A stretch of 64,000 nucleotides of DNA. It comes from a virus. Shown piece after piece: positions 20,917 through 30,867 of the stretch. Made by a program: the position numbers and the translations under genes. The DNA lies in IMG/VR virus record IMGVR_UViG_3300032053_000049, positions 8,739-72,738 of that record; one strand, given 5' to 3'. The notes under the pieces were generated by a model. The model saw only the letters and a list, made by a program, of their open reading frames with translations, was not told the DNA's origin and made no database searches. Position 1 is the stretch's first letter. Each line of letters starts with the position of its first letter.

Positions 20917-20973
20917 ATTAATAAATAATATTCAGGTAGGAAAAAAGTGGAAAAATAATAATTTTAATTTGAG

Positions 20974-23676
20974 TTAGAAGTCTATTTTTAAAATAATGTT
21001 AAGAGGAAATATCCCACTATTCTTGATTGGTGAACCAAGCTTGCCCACAGCGACCAGATCAGTCCCGGAATAGAGTCCGACGCCAGAAATATATGGTGCA
21101 AGATAGCTACCCGTAGGATCTGCTTTAGACAATCTCCCATAATCTAAGAAATTTGTATTAATATTAGGAGCAACTCCCCTCATAGTTCTATCATTTAAAA
21201 AATCAAGAATTTGACTTAAAAATTTCTTTCTAGAATTTGGAGTCACATATGTTTCGTAATTCTTTTGGGTAAGACGATTTATGAAATATTTCCATAGAAT
21301 ATTCATATCATTAATATCTATTTTATTATCTTGATTAAAATCTAAATCGATATACAGATTATTATTTATATAAGAATAACTTGAAGTAAATAATGCTCCA
21401 GATCCATTCGGCCACTGAGAATTATACATATTATAGACTGACGCTTCTTCGTCAGTGGCAGTATTGATAATAGAAGAAGACCAATCTGTGCTAGGACCTA
21501 AAGCTTCAGTACTCTTATATTTCATATATTTTAAAAGAACATCACAATCTTGAAAATCAAATATTCCATTATTATTGATATCAAATGAAGATGTAGGTAA
21601 TAAAATAGCTGTAGGATTTGTACTTACATTAAACTCTCCAACATCTACGGCACACACAATTTGTTTTTCGTAAATAACTTGTTTAGATTTAAAATTTAAA
21701 TCATATTCATAATCATTATTATCTGCATTAACGAGTAACAATCCATCAAATGCTGAACCAGAAGACATAATAACTAATTTACCATTTCTATAAAATACAT
21801 TACCAACATAAAAATTTTCTCTTAAATTTTTTAAATTATAGATATAAGTTTTTCCAGTCAAATCTCCTATTTGATCTAAATTTCCTGTAAAACTACCTGT
21901 GTTGGATGCTAAATCCATAATTCTACTTGATCCAGATATTAATAATGGAGCACCGATCATTATAAAACTATCAGAAATATCACACGAAAATCCATAATCA
22001 CGATATGGTTGTAAAATTTTCTTTTTAACTTGATAAATATTAATAATCTGCCAATCTTTATTAGATGTATCAGGAATAAATGAACCGGTGGCTTGTTGCC
22101 ATAAAACAAACTGACCATCTACAGAAACTTCTTCAGTCTGACCACAATAATTTGATTGAAATAAAGATCCACGAAGATAACATATAGTCGCTAGTTCTGA
22201 GTCAATTTTCGGAGAACCTGCTATAGCATAATTATTATATACGCCAACCGAAGTTCCTAGAGCATTATTATCTAAAATCTTTTCGTTTCCATAACTCTTT
22301 CTAGCTAAATAAAATCCCTTTCCAACATCAGGACAACGTTCAAAGAAATAAACAGATCCTTGTCGAAATACAGATGAACCACTATATTCATAAATATATC
22401 TGTCGGTTGGAGCACCAACCATTATGGTATCTTTATATATGCTAACAGATATTCCAAAACTATCAGCCGTATTTGTTGAACCAGATATAATTGGAAATGT
22501 ATTATAAAATGTTAATGGATATATTGTTGTATTGTCTGGTAATAAAGTGTATGAATTTGCCCAATTATATCCGTTAAATTCGTATACATAAGCTTTAGAA
22601 CCGGAGGGTCTGGCCGTACCAACTACCATACTAGCACTATAAGATCCTGTAGCTTTATTTAAACAGATACTCTTTCCAAAATTATCCCCCGTATTGATTT
22701 CTGATGGAGTAACAAGAGTTTGAAATAGCGACCAACTGGCCATAGCTCCTAACGTTTTTCGATACATATACACCAAACCTTTGCTACCAGATTCCGATGG
22801 AGATCCTATCGATAACCATTCATTATTAATTGAAACGGCATATCCAAATGATTCTACAACAGAAGTTGATGGAGTTTCAATTGTCATTAAATATGGATCG
22901 GTCCCAACTATTCCGGTGACTCTTATTTCATAAGGATATAAAGAAGTAGAATAAATTGTAGGAATTGTGATCGTTCCACCATCATTGGATGTTATTACTA
23001 TATTAATAGAAATCCACGGATTTGTTATATCAGTAGTATCTCTTGATTCAAGTAAAACCTGAGAATATTGTTGATATGGAGGAACATATGCTACCACGTT
23101 GATTATTCCACTAGAAGTGGTATAACCAGTAATACTCACAGGAAGTCTATTAGCATATGGATCAATATCTAATCGAGATAAATCGTAAATGTCAACTTGA
23201 CCAGAACCAGTAAAATAAAACGAAGAAGTTTCTGAGTTCTGAACAGAAGCAGTACTTGTAAAATAAGGACAACCAACAGCAAGATATGTTCCATTTAAAT
23301 CAATACTATATCCATATCCATCTTCTGATGATGTATAATAAGCCGACCAATCTATAATAAGATTTTTATTAGCCGTTAAAGGACGTGAACCCGTAAGTTC
23401 AGTTTGTAAAATGTAATTGGGACCTTGAGGATTGATATTATTCTGTTCGGTAATCAAATATATATATTCATATGGACTGAGGTGTCTTGTTAAAAGAGTT
23501 TTCTTATCGTGGATATCAGTATTAATATTGTATTTATAAACCTCAATAGAACCTGTTCTCAGATAACTGGAAGAAGCATATTCGTAACGTAACGAACTAG
23601 GATTTGATACTGCTGCCCAATTGCCGTCACAGGCTACAGAATATCCATAGTAATCGTTTGTAATGGTTGTAATCAT
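20974..23676 (-). CDS. Baseplate/tail-associated protein with FG-GAP-like propeller repeats and dockerin-like Ca-binding motifs
   Basis: Repeats FGYAVSI...IGSP, FGISVSI...VGAP; DINNNGIFDFQD and DFNQDNKIDIND; C-terminal VGLY..DLVAVGKL..P...KIDF shared with 30868-32016. Confidence 0.7.
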   Translation of the reverse strand: MITTITNDYYGYSVACDGNWAAVSNPSSLRYEYASSSYLRTGSIEVYKYNINTDIHDKKTLLTRHLSPYEYIYLITEQNNINPQGPNYILQTELTGSRPLTANKNLIIDWSAYYTSSEDGYGYSIDLNGTYLAVGCPYFTSTASVQNSETSSFYFTGSGQVDIYDLSRLDIDPYANRLPVSITGYTTSSGIINVVAYVPPYQQYSQVLLESRDTTDITNPWISINIVITSNDGGTITIPTIYSTSLYPYEIRVTGIVGTDPYLMTIETPSTSVVESFGYAVSINNEWLSIGSPSESGSKGLVYMYRKTLGAMASWSLFQTLVTPSEINTGDNFGKSICLNKATGSYSASMVVGTARPSGSKAYVYEFNGYNWANSYTLLPDNTTIYPLTFYNTFPIISGSTNTADSFGISVSIYKDTIMVGAPTDRYIYEYSGSSVFRQGSVYFFERCPDVGKGFYLARKSYGNEKILDNNALGTSVGVYNNYAIAGSPKIDSELATICYLRGSLFQSNYCGQTEEVSVDGQFVLWQQATGSFIPDTSNKDWQIINIYQVKKKILQPYRDYGFSCDISDSFIMIGAPLLISGSSRIMDLASNTGSFTGNLDQIGDLTGKTYIYNLKNLRENFYVGNVFYRNGKLVIMSSGSAFDGLLLVNADNNDYEYDLNFKSKQVIYEKQIVCAVDVGEFNVSTNPTAILLPTSSFDINNNGIFDFQDCDVLLKYMKYKSTEALGPSTDWSSSIINTATDEEASVYNMYNSQWPNGSGALFTSSYSYINNNLYIDLDFNQDNKIDINDMNILWKYFINRLTQKNYETYVTPNSRKKFLSQILDFLNDRTMRGVAPNINTNFLDYGRLSKADPTGSYLAPYISGVGLYSGTDLVAVGKLGSPIKNSGIFPLNIILKIDF

Positions 23677-23740
23677 TATATATACATATCAAATTGTTTT
23701 GATTTTACTATTACATTGATACTGTATTAACCGTCATACC

Positions 23741-24301
23741 TTATTTTAATGTTATAAAACCACTCGGCAATTTAACAATTGGAGTGCCTTGTCTATGTGT
23801 TACTTGAGCAAGAGATCCCTCTTTACTCCACCCATCAATTTCATCCATATTATATGCACGCAAATTAAGTCGTTGAATCGATTTTGTTAATTCTATATCC
23901 TGATATCGGCACATTCCAGTAAAAAGATTATCGGCTAATATTTGTTCTACAGCATTTTTTGTATAATATTGACACGCACCAAACCAAATCCACCCCAAGC
24001 CAGTTTTTCTGAAATCGCCAGCTACATCACAATCTATAGGCATTTCAGGAAGAGTTTTTATCACAGAGTCCGGATCAATTTTTACAAGAATATCATAGGA
24101 TGATTCTTCTATAAATTTACGTAAATATCTTTTAGTCCATTCTACATTATTTTTAATGGAATCAGAAACTTTCCACGATATTCCAAAATCAATATCCAAA
24201 GGAGTTACAACGCGAAAATTAGGGCAAAATCTTTCGTTCAATGATCTAACCGCATTTAATTCTCTATTTTGCCAAATATTTGTTATTATTAAAGTATTCA
24301 T
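23741..24301 (-). CDS. Putative GT-A glycosyltransferase
   Basis: YDILVKIDPDS (DxD), GACQYYT, QD acidic motif, late His; located within tail genes. Confidence 0.55.
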   Translation of the reverse strand: MNTLIITNIWQNRELNAVRSLNERFCPNFRVVTPLDIDFGISWKVSDSIKNNVEWTKRYLRKFIEESSYDILVKIDPDSVIKTLPEMPIDCDVAGDFRKTGLGWIWFGACQYYTKNAVEQILADNLFTGMCRYQDIELTKSIQRLNLRAYNMDEIDGWSKEGSLAQVTHRQGTPIVKLPSGFITLK

Positions 24302-24306
24302 TTTAA

Positions 24307-25701
24307 TTATATACTACTACTTATAAAATTTATTATATATGGATTTACAAATCCATTTACATATATTTTTAATTGATCAATATCTATAGGATCTGGTAAA
24401 AACTTAAGTGTAATCCATGCTCTAATAATCGTGCCTAGATTACCATCTACAGTATATGGAAGACTTATTGGTATCCAACCATAATCATATAATTGTGTTA
24501 GTTCATAATTACTTCCTGATATTCTATCAATACTACTTCCAGTTATTTCAATATTATTTACAATGTAATTTGTATCAACATCAGCATAAATTGAATAAAT
24601 GTGTGGATCGTTTGGAACAGGCAGAGTAGGATAAAATGTTTCATCTATTATCCACCAATTAACATATCCATTATACTGTATTGGATTTACAATATATTGA
24701 TCCTCAATAAGAACAAGAGGATAAAGTATAGAAGATGTAGGAGAAGTAAATGTAATACTTGCTGTATTACTGAAACTAGAAGTTCCTATAGTATTAACTG
24801 CAGCAATTCTATACCAATATGTAGATCCCCCTACACTAGATGTTACTAGTGTATCAATACAAGTATTTGATTCAGATATTGAGGTCGTATAATCGGTAAA
24901 TAAAATACCATTTATAGAACGTTGAATACCATAATAATCAAAAGTATCGTATAATGAAGATGTCCAAATTAATACTGAAGATCCACTATATACTGACAAC
25001 AAAATAGATCCTGATGGTGGAGTAGGAACAGATGATGAAATAAATGAAAAATAATTATCACACGTATTACTGCGTCCCACCTCAAATACATTATAAAACT
25101 TTCCTAATTCCTGTTGTTTAGAAAATAAATTTGTTCCAGCAATAAGATTTCCATTACCATCATCTGTTATTGTATAATCTGTATCCAATGCTCGATCATT
25201 AATTGCAATACTATTAGGTATAATTTTATCTCCGTATATCATGTGCGGCACATCAAAAAGTCTAAATTCATCACTAATTTTTCTTTGTGTTTTACTTAAA
25301 TTAAAATCAATATTATTAATACCCCACGTTTTAGTCGGATCTTTATAATTATTATAGAACATTGTTCTTATTTGAGAATATACTACTCGTTTATATGTTC
25401 CATCTTCATTAACCGGATCTGTTTCCGGAAAAAATAATCCTGAATTTTTTAATCCAATTCTAGTTTCAACCAAATCATCATCTTGTTTCTCTAAAGCAAT
25501 ATTACAATCATAATTAAGTATCGGTAAATCTGTAATTCCTCTAAAATCAATAAATTCAAGAGCCACTGGCACTTCAGAATCAATATAAGAACCAGTATCA
25601 TGCAACAACAAATTTTGATTATTTGTTGTGCTCATTTCCCAGTTTTTAGTCGCGTCAAACGGAGTCAGTTTTATTTGATATCGTTTTATTAATTTTATCA
25701 T
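24307..25701 (-). CDS. Tail/baseplate protein with FN3 domain
   Basis: N-domain shared with 27368-29767 (TKNWE, GTYKR.VY.Q..TMFYNN..DPTK.WG); FN3 signature YWYRIAAVN..G.S.FSN. Confidence 0.7.
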   Translation of the reverse strand: MIKLIKRYQIKLTPFDATKNWEMSTTNNQNLLLHDTGSYIDSEVPVALEFIDFRGITDLPILNYDCNIALEKQDDDLVETRIGLKNSGLFFPETDPVNEDGTYKRVVYSQIRTMFYNNYKDPTKTWGINNIDFNLSKTQRKISDEFRLFDVPHMIYGDKIIPNSIAINDRALDTDYTITDDGNGNLIAGTNLFSKQQELGKFYNVFEVGRSNTCDNYFSFISSSVPTPPSGSILLSVYSGSSVLIWTSSLYDTFDYYGIQRSINGILFTDYTTSISESNTCIDTLVTSSVGGSTYWYRIAAVNTIGTSSFSNTASITFTSPTSSILYPLVLIEDQYIVNPIQYNGYVNWWIIDETFYPTLPVPNDPHIYSIYADVDTNYIVNNIEITGSSIDRISGSNYELTQLYDYGWIPISLPYTVDGNLGTIIRAWITLKFLPDPIDIDQLKIYVNGFVNPYIINFISSSI

Positions 25702-25704
25702 GCT

Positions 25705-26583
25705 TTATGTAATTTGTACAACATATATGTCTCTAACTGCTAATTGTACTCCTAAAGATGAAGACCAATAAAGATTAAAACTATTCATTGGTCCATAAAG
25801 ATCTTCACGAAATACATTTGTAATGGTCGTTGTATCTAAAAAATTTCTATTTGGTATAGCAATATATCCCACATCCGAAGCATAACTTGACCAAGTTCCC
25901 ATTATTCCACTTGTATTAGTTTGAAGACTTTGTAATCCTTCTCTGTAAAGTTTTTGCGGTAATCCCAGAGTGTGTCCCATACCAGCGACACTAAAATCAT
26001 TATATATACTAGCAGCGATGGTATACGTATTTCCTCTATAAATATCTATTTGCATAGGAACCCAAGATTGTCCTGCTATAGATGCTGATATCCAAGAAGA
26101 TGTATAATGAGTTTCATATCTACACATATAATGTTCAACGATGCCACTTGTACTCCACACCGAACCCGTAACTATTCTCTGACCCAATATCGACTGTCCA
26201 AACCCAACGTTGATATTGGGAGGATCGGTATTTGCATTGGTTTTTGTCTCCATATCAAATGGTTGTTTTCCTGGTGGGCCGACGTTGGTGCCGGCATTTC
26301 CTTTTATTACTGTTCCAACACAATGTTCATTACCAAAATTACCCCACCCGTGATCTTTACCTGAACAAACTCCCGCAAATAACAGTCCCTTAAATAACGA
26401 GCCTGACGGTGAACCTATCAACATAGTTCTAAAGGATATTCTAATTTTATCCCAAGTTCCATCTGGAACAACAAAATCTCTTATAAGTTCTCCCTGACTA
26501 TCCAAAAGAAGACAATTTACCGATGAAGTTACAAATGTTGTAAATTCATTTCGAGCTTGTAAAGTTGTAGATACTATACTCAT
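25705..26583 (-). CDS. Putative tail-associated protein
   Basis: 292 aa beta-rich; weakly paralogous to 26580-27362. Confidence 0.6.
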   Translation of the reverse strand: MSIVSTTLQARNEFTTFVTSSVNCLLLDSQGELIRDFVVPDGTWDKIRISFRTMLIGSPSGSLFKGLLFAGVCSGKDHGWGNFGNEHCVGTVIKGNAGTNVGPPGKQPFDMETKTNANTDPPNINVGFGQSILGQRIVTGSVWSTSGIVEHYMCRYETHYTSSWISASIAGQSWVPMQIDIYRGNTYTIAASIYNDFSVAGMGHTLGLPQKLYREGLQSLQTNTSGIMGTWSSYASDVGYIAIPNRNFLDTTTITNVFREDLYGPMNSFNLYWSSSLGVQLAVRDIYVVQIT

Positions 26584-27362
26584 ATAAATTTATAAACTAT
26601 ATCATTTATCTCTAACGTTTCAAATCTTGCTTCCCACGAAACAAATGCTGCATCAAAATAACCATTTACTGCTCTATTAGCAGTAAGTTCAGATGTCCAA
26701 CTATCTGTTCGTAATCCAAATACACTAGCTGACGTTACTGCAGCTGACCAAGTTTTACTCTCCATAAAATCTGCTAATATAGCCGAAGATGATATATCAT
26801 TAAATGAACCAGAAGAATATAATGTATCCATTTTCCATTTAATCGCACTACTTCCTGTAACAAATCTAATCATTAAAATATCTCTATATTTTGGATTGTC
26901 TGTAAAATTTATTGTTGCTGTTTGAGCAAACGAACCATTATTATTTTTACTTCCCGTAACATTTACATATCCGGTACTAGTCGTGATAGCCCTATTAAAA
27001 CTACTAGAATAATTCACACCAGTCCAAGTACTTAATTGAACATACATACTATGCGATATACTAACATTACTAAAAGGAATACTTCCTGATTCACCATATA
27101 CTAACCCCGGATACTTACAAACTCCTATAGCTGGATTATTAGCATCGTACCAACCTTTTTGTATATTAAAATTTGAACGATTATATTTATTATTTACTCT
27201 ACATCTTAAACCTATCCAAACCTCATTCCACGAACCAGAAACTACAATAGCGGGATCAAATTTACGAACCATAACAGCCGATCCCAAAGACAAAAATTTA
27301 TTGTTTATGTCTGTTCCAACCGTTCTTGAATCTACAACACTACTTGATGATATATTTTCCAT
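26580..27362 (-). CDS. Putative tail-associated protein
   Basis: 260 aa; ATGA overlap with the next gene; W..(I/V).I..R motif shared with neighbour. Confidence 0.6.
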   Translation of the reverse strand: MENISSSSVVDSRTVGTDINNKFLSLGSAVMVRKFDPAIVVSGSWNEVWIGLRCRVNNKYNRSNFNIQKGWYDANNPAIGVCKYPGLVYGESGSIPFSNVSISHSMYVQLSTWTGVNYSSSFNRAITTSTGYVNVTGSKNNNGSFAQTATINFTDNPKYRDILMIRFVTGSSAIKWKMDTLYSSGSFNDISSSAILADFMESKTWSAAVTSASVFGLRTDSWTSELTANRAVNGYFDAAFVSWEARFETLEINDIVYKFI

Positions 27363-27367
27363 AAACT

Positions 27368-29767
27368 TTATAATCCGTCGCCATTATTATACAGTTGTAT
27401 AATTTCAGTTTGGGATAATGGTCTAGTCCAAACAGCAACTTGATCTAGCCGGCCACCATAATATACATTAGACCATCCTCTACCAAGCCAATACACAGAA
27501 CCCAAAGCATAATTTGCATCAGGATTCAATGATGTGGTGTTTTCTGTTCCATTAATAAATAATGTTCTATTCGATCCTGATTTTCTAGCCACTAAATGAG
27601 TCCATACAGAATTGGTAATTGGGTTCCTGCTAGTAACTGATACATCTCCAGCCGTAAGAATACCCCATTTAGTAAGTTTAGTTTCAACTATACCCATATT
27701 ATTGAATATAACCACACCACAATATTGACTCCAACTACTTGCAGATGCCCACGCTTGAATTGTCCAATCACCAGAATCCAGTGTATCTAACGGAGTAACT
27801 GAAGCAGTCACACTCAAAAATTCAGAACTAGCTAATGTAAAGTGAGCAGAACCAGTAACTTTACCAATACTAGCAGATACCGTATTATTATCTGTTAAAT
27901 TATGTCCACCGACCCAATCTGTTCTTGAACCACTATGTTCATCCAAATTCCAGAATGCCGTAGCATCTCTGTATATTGTATGTACGGCGGGAAAAATTCC
28001 AGTAGTAATAGATGCGGTCGAGGTAAATGAAGATGTATAATTGGGAACAGAATTTACATTTCTTACTTTATAAATATATGTACTAGATGTTTGTAATCCA
28101 TTATCAAAATAAGTTACATTTGGAGTACTAATATTAGAATTACCAATATATACAAAATCAGTATTTGCTGATGATGATCTATATATCTCGTATTGTGTAG
28201 TTAAATATTGATTTCCAAACGCTGACCATAATAAACTTCCGGTAAAATCAAATGTGCCTAATGGACTTGCAGAAAATACAGATGCAGTATCAGGTGTAAA
28301 ATCCGTATACCACGATCCAGACCAACCTTCCCCACCATCAACAAAATCTCTACTACTTCCACTAAGATACGAAGTTTCATCATGAGCAATAAACATAATG
28401 AAATCTGGTGCATACGATCTCCTGAATTCCCACGATTCCGACCATCCATATCCTTTATTAGTAGCACTTGATCCTGAATCATAACATTCAAATGTATCAT
28501 ATGGTCCTAAAACATATTCATTTCCATTTGAATCTTTTAATGTACACGCAGAAGAACCGGTGAAACTAAGTGTCACAACATTACTCCAAGAACTAGTACC
28601 TGTTCCATTATAAGCATTAATTCTATAATAAGTGCTACCGGTTACTATAGGAAAATCATAAACAGAAAGAGAAGAAACAGGAAAATAAGAAAAAGCAGCA
28701 AAAGGAGAAGATCCGCTAATTGCTTTTTCCATATAAAATCCAAAAGGAGAAGGTGTTGGTAACGTCCAACTTAAACTAGAAGTTGCTGCGGATCCTGTTA
28801 TATTAATAACACTTCCGATGAGAGATGGGGCAGTTGGAACAGGAACAAAACTAAGTGTCACAACATTACTCCAAGAACTAGATCCCCAACCATTATAAGC
28901 ATTAATTCTATAATAATAAACACTACTTGTTATTATAGGAAAATCATAAACAGAAAGAGAAGAAACAGGAAAATAAGAAAAAGCAGCAAAAGGAGAAGAT
29001 CCGCTAATTGCTTTTTCCATATAAAATCCAACAGGCGAATTTCCTGGTAATGTCCAACTTAAACTAGAAGTTGCTTCGGATCCTGTTATATTAACAACAC
29101 TACCGGTAAGAGACGGAGTATCCGGAGCATCAAAAATAAAATAACTATCACATGTATTATTACTTCCTGTTTCAAATATATTTTGAAAATATCCCAAAAG
29201 TTGTTCTTTAGAAAAAAGATTTGTTCCAGCAACTAAATTACATTTTCCGTCATCGGAAATACTATAAGCATTATCTAAAGTATTATCAGTTAAAATAACA
29301 GTATTTTTAATGATATTCTCACCCATTATTTCTTGTGGTATACTAAAAACTTTTATATAATCCGAAAGAAATTTTTTGGTTTCTGAAGTATCAAAATCAA
29401 TTTTTTCAGTACCCCAAACTTTAGTTGGGTCCCGAAAATTGTTATAGAACATAGTTTTGACTTGAGTATAAACAAGTCTTTTATATGTTCCATCTAAATT
29501 TTTAGATTCTAATTCAGGAAAGAAAAGACCAGATGTTTTTAATCCTTCACGATATGATAATAAATCAGCATCTTGATTTTCTTTTGCTACTGCACATATA
29601 GAAGTAGGAACAGTATATGTGGGAAAATAATTAACTTTTTCCGATGCAACTGGATTACCATTCTCTGCTAATACTACGTCATTATTTGCTACATTGGATA
29701 ATTCCCAATTTTTTGTAGCAACATACGGGGTTACAGCAATATCATTTTTCTTAAGGCCCTTGAGCAT
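27368..29767 (-). CDS. Tail/baseplate protein with three FN3 domains and C-terminal LamG (concanavalin-like) domain
   Basis: Likely start MLKGLKK at 29767 (after TATTTAT); YYRINAYN FN3 motifs; AFWNLDE...WTHLV...GRLDQVAVWTRPLS..EI..LY LamG motif. Confidence 0.78.
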   Translation of the reverse strand: MLKGLKKNDIAVTPYVATKNWELSNVANNDVVLAENGNPVASEKVNYFPTYTVPTSICAVAKENQDADLLSYREGLKTSGLFFPELESKNLDGTYKRLVYTQVKTMFYNNFRDPTKVWGTEKIDFDTSETKKFLSDYIKVFSIPQEIMGENIIKNTVILTDNTLDNAYSISDDGKCNLVAGTNLFSKEQLLGYFQNIFETGSNNTCDSYFIFDAPDTPSLTGSVVNITGSEATSSLSWTLPGNSPVGFYMEKAISGSSPFAAFSYFPVSSLSVYDFPIITSSVYYYRINAYNGWGSSSWSNVVTLSFVPVPTAPSLIGSVINITGSAATSSLSWTLPTPSPFGFYMEKAISGSSPFAAFSYFPVSSLSVYDFPIVTGSTYYRINAYNGTGTSSWSNVVTLSFTGSSACTLKDSNGNEYVLGPYDTFECYDSGSSATNKGYGWSESWEFRRSYAPDFIMFIAHDETSYLSGSSRDFVDGGEGWSGSWYTDFTPDTASVFSASPLGTFDFTGSLLWSAFGNQYLTTQYEIYRSSSANTDFVYIGNSNISTPNVTYFDNGLQTSSTYIYKVRNVNSVPNYTSSFTSTASITTGIFPAVHTIYRDATAFWNLDEHSGSRTDWVGGHNLTDNNTVSASIGKVTGSAHFTLASSEFLSVTASVTPLDTLDSGDWTIQAWASASSWSQYCGVVIFNNMGIVETKLTKWGILTAGDVSVTSRNPITNSVWTHLVARKSGSNRTLFINGTENTTSLNPDANYALGSVYWLGRGWSNVYYGGRLDQVAVWTRPLSQTEIIQLYNNGDGL
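28563..29120. repeat. Tandem duplication (about 285-nt period) encoding two near-identical FN3 domains
   Basis: aaactaagtgtcacaacattactccaagaactag begins at 28563 and at 28848; long identical internal stretch. Confidence 0.9.
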
Positions 29768-29769
29768 TA

Positions 29770-30813
29770 CTAATAAATATAAGGAGAAATGCTTCTTAAG
29801 ATAATAGTTGGGTCTTTTTTGATGCAACTTTCCCACAATCTAATCACTTTTATACCTCTTTTTAATGCCATTTCGTCTTTTAATTTATCATTTAATACCG
29901 TTTTGTTTATATTGATGTGATGACTTTTAGTATTCGGATTACCGTGCCAGAAATCTCCATCTACTTCTAAAATTATATTTTTTTCTTTTATCTTAAAATC
30001 ATAAGATTTACAAATACCATTTTCTGTAATAAAATATTGAAAATAATATGGAATACCAACTTTATCTAATTCATCTGCAACTATTTTTTCTAATTTATTC
30101 ATTGGTCTGTGAGACATTATATTTTTTATAGCTTCGGATGTATGAGTTTTACCGAACATTCCATTTTTTTCTCCTTTAGCAACGCCTCGTTCTATACGAG
30201 TTTTTGATATTTGTTCACGAACCTCTTTTCTACAGGCCGGATTTAATTTTCCACTAATCATAGGTTTTTTAATTCCTATATTAGATTTAGATATTTTTTC
30301 TTTTGTTTCATCTGATAAAACCGCACCAAATCTTATACTTTCTTCTCCTACCCAAGTTTTTCTTAATTCAGACGAACATTTAGTAGAACACGTTGGTCGA
30401 TTTGTATAAGATTTACAAATATTTTTACATATAATACATTCTGCCCAATTAAATCGTTTAAATTCTTCAAGATGCGTTTTCACATAATTTAAAAATTTAA
30501 TATTATGATAAATTTTAAGATGAATGGATATCATTTTAGAATGAATAGATTTATCACAATAATGACATTGAATATATTGGTCTTTTTTAATTTGGTGATT
30601 TTTTGTGTAACATTTACCACATTTATTTGATCTTTCTTTAAATGGAGAACCGCATTCAACGCATTTTTTCCATCCAAATCGAATAAAATCTTCAAAATTA
30701 TCTTTAATATATTGACTACAATCTATTTTGTGCGTCGATTTTAAATGATGTGTTAAATATTGTTGTTTAACAAATTCTTTTTTACAAATTCTACAAATAA
30801 TAATGTCGTTCAT
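29770..30813 (-). CDS. Free-standing endonuclease with C2H2/CxxC fingers, NUMOD3-like repeats and Vsr/DUF559-like domain
   Basis: CRIC...HLKSTH, SDETKEKIS, SYDFKIKEKNIILEVDGDFWHG, VIRLWE. Confidence 0.8.
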   Translation of the reverse strand: MNDIIICRICKKEFVKQQYLTHHLKSTHKIDCSQYIKDNFEDFIRFGWKKCVECGSPFKERSNKCGKCYTKNHQIKKDQYIQCHYCDKSIHSKMISIHLKIYHNIKFLNYVKTHLEEFKRFNWAECIICKNICKSYTNRPTCSTKCSSELRKTWVGEESIRFGAVLSDETKEKISKSNIGIKKPMISGKLNPACRKEVREQISKTRIERGVAKGEKNGMFGKTHTSEAIKNIMSHRPMNKLEKIVADELDKVGIPYYFQYFITENGICKSYDFKIKEKNIILEVDGDFWHGNPNTKSHHININKTVLNDKLKDEMALKRGIKVIRLWESCIKKDPTIILRSISPYIY

Positions 30814-30867
30814 ATGATATACATATAAACGACACTATCAAAACGTAATTTTATTTACAATTCAGTA

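Noticed and set aside
28563-29120. Possible DGR template/variable repeat pair
   Set aside because: Both copies are in-frame FN3 domains, differences are not adenine-restricted and include an indel, and there is no reverse transcriptase in the window.
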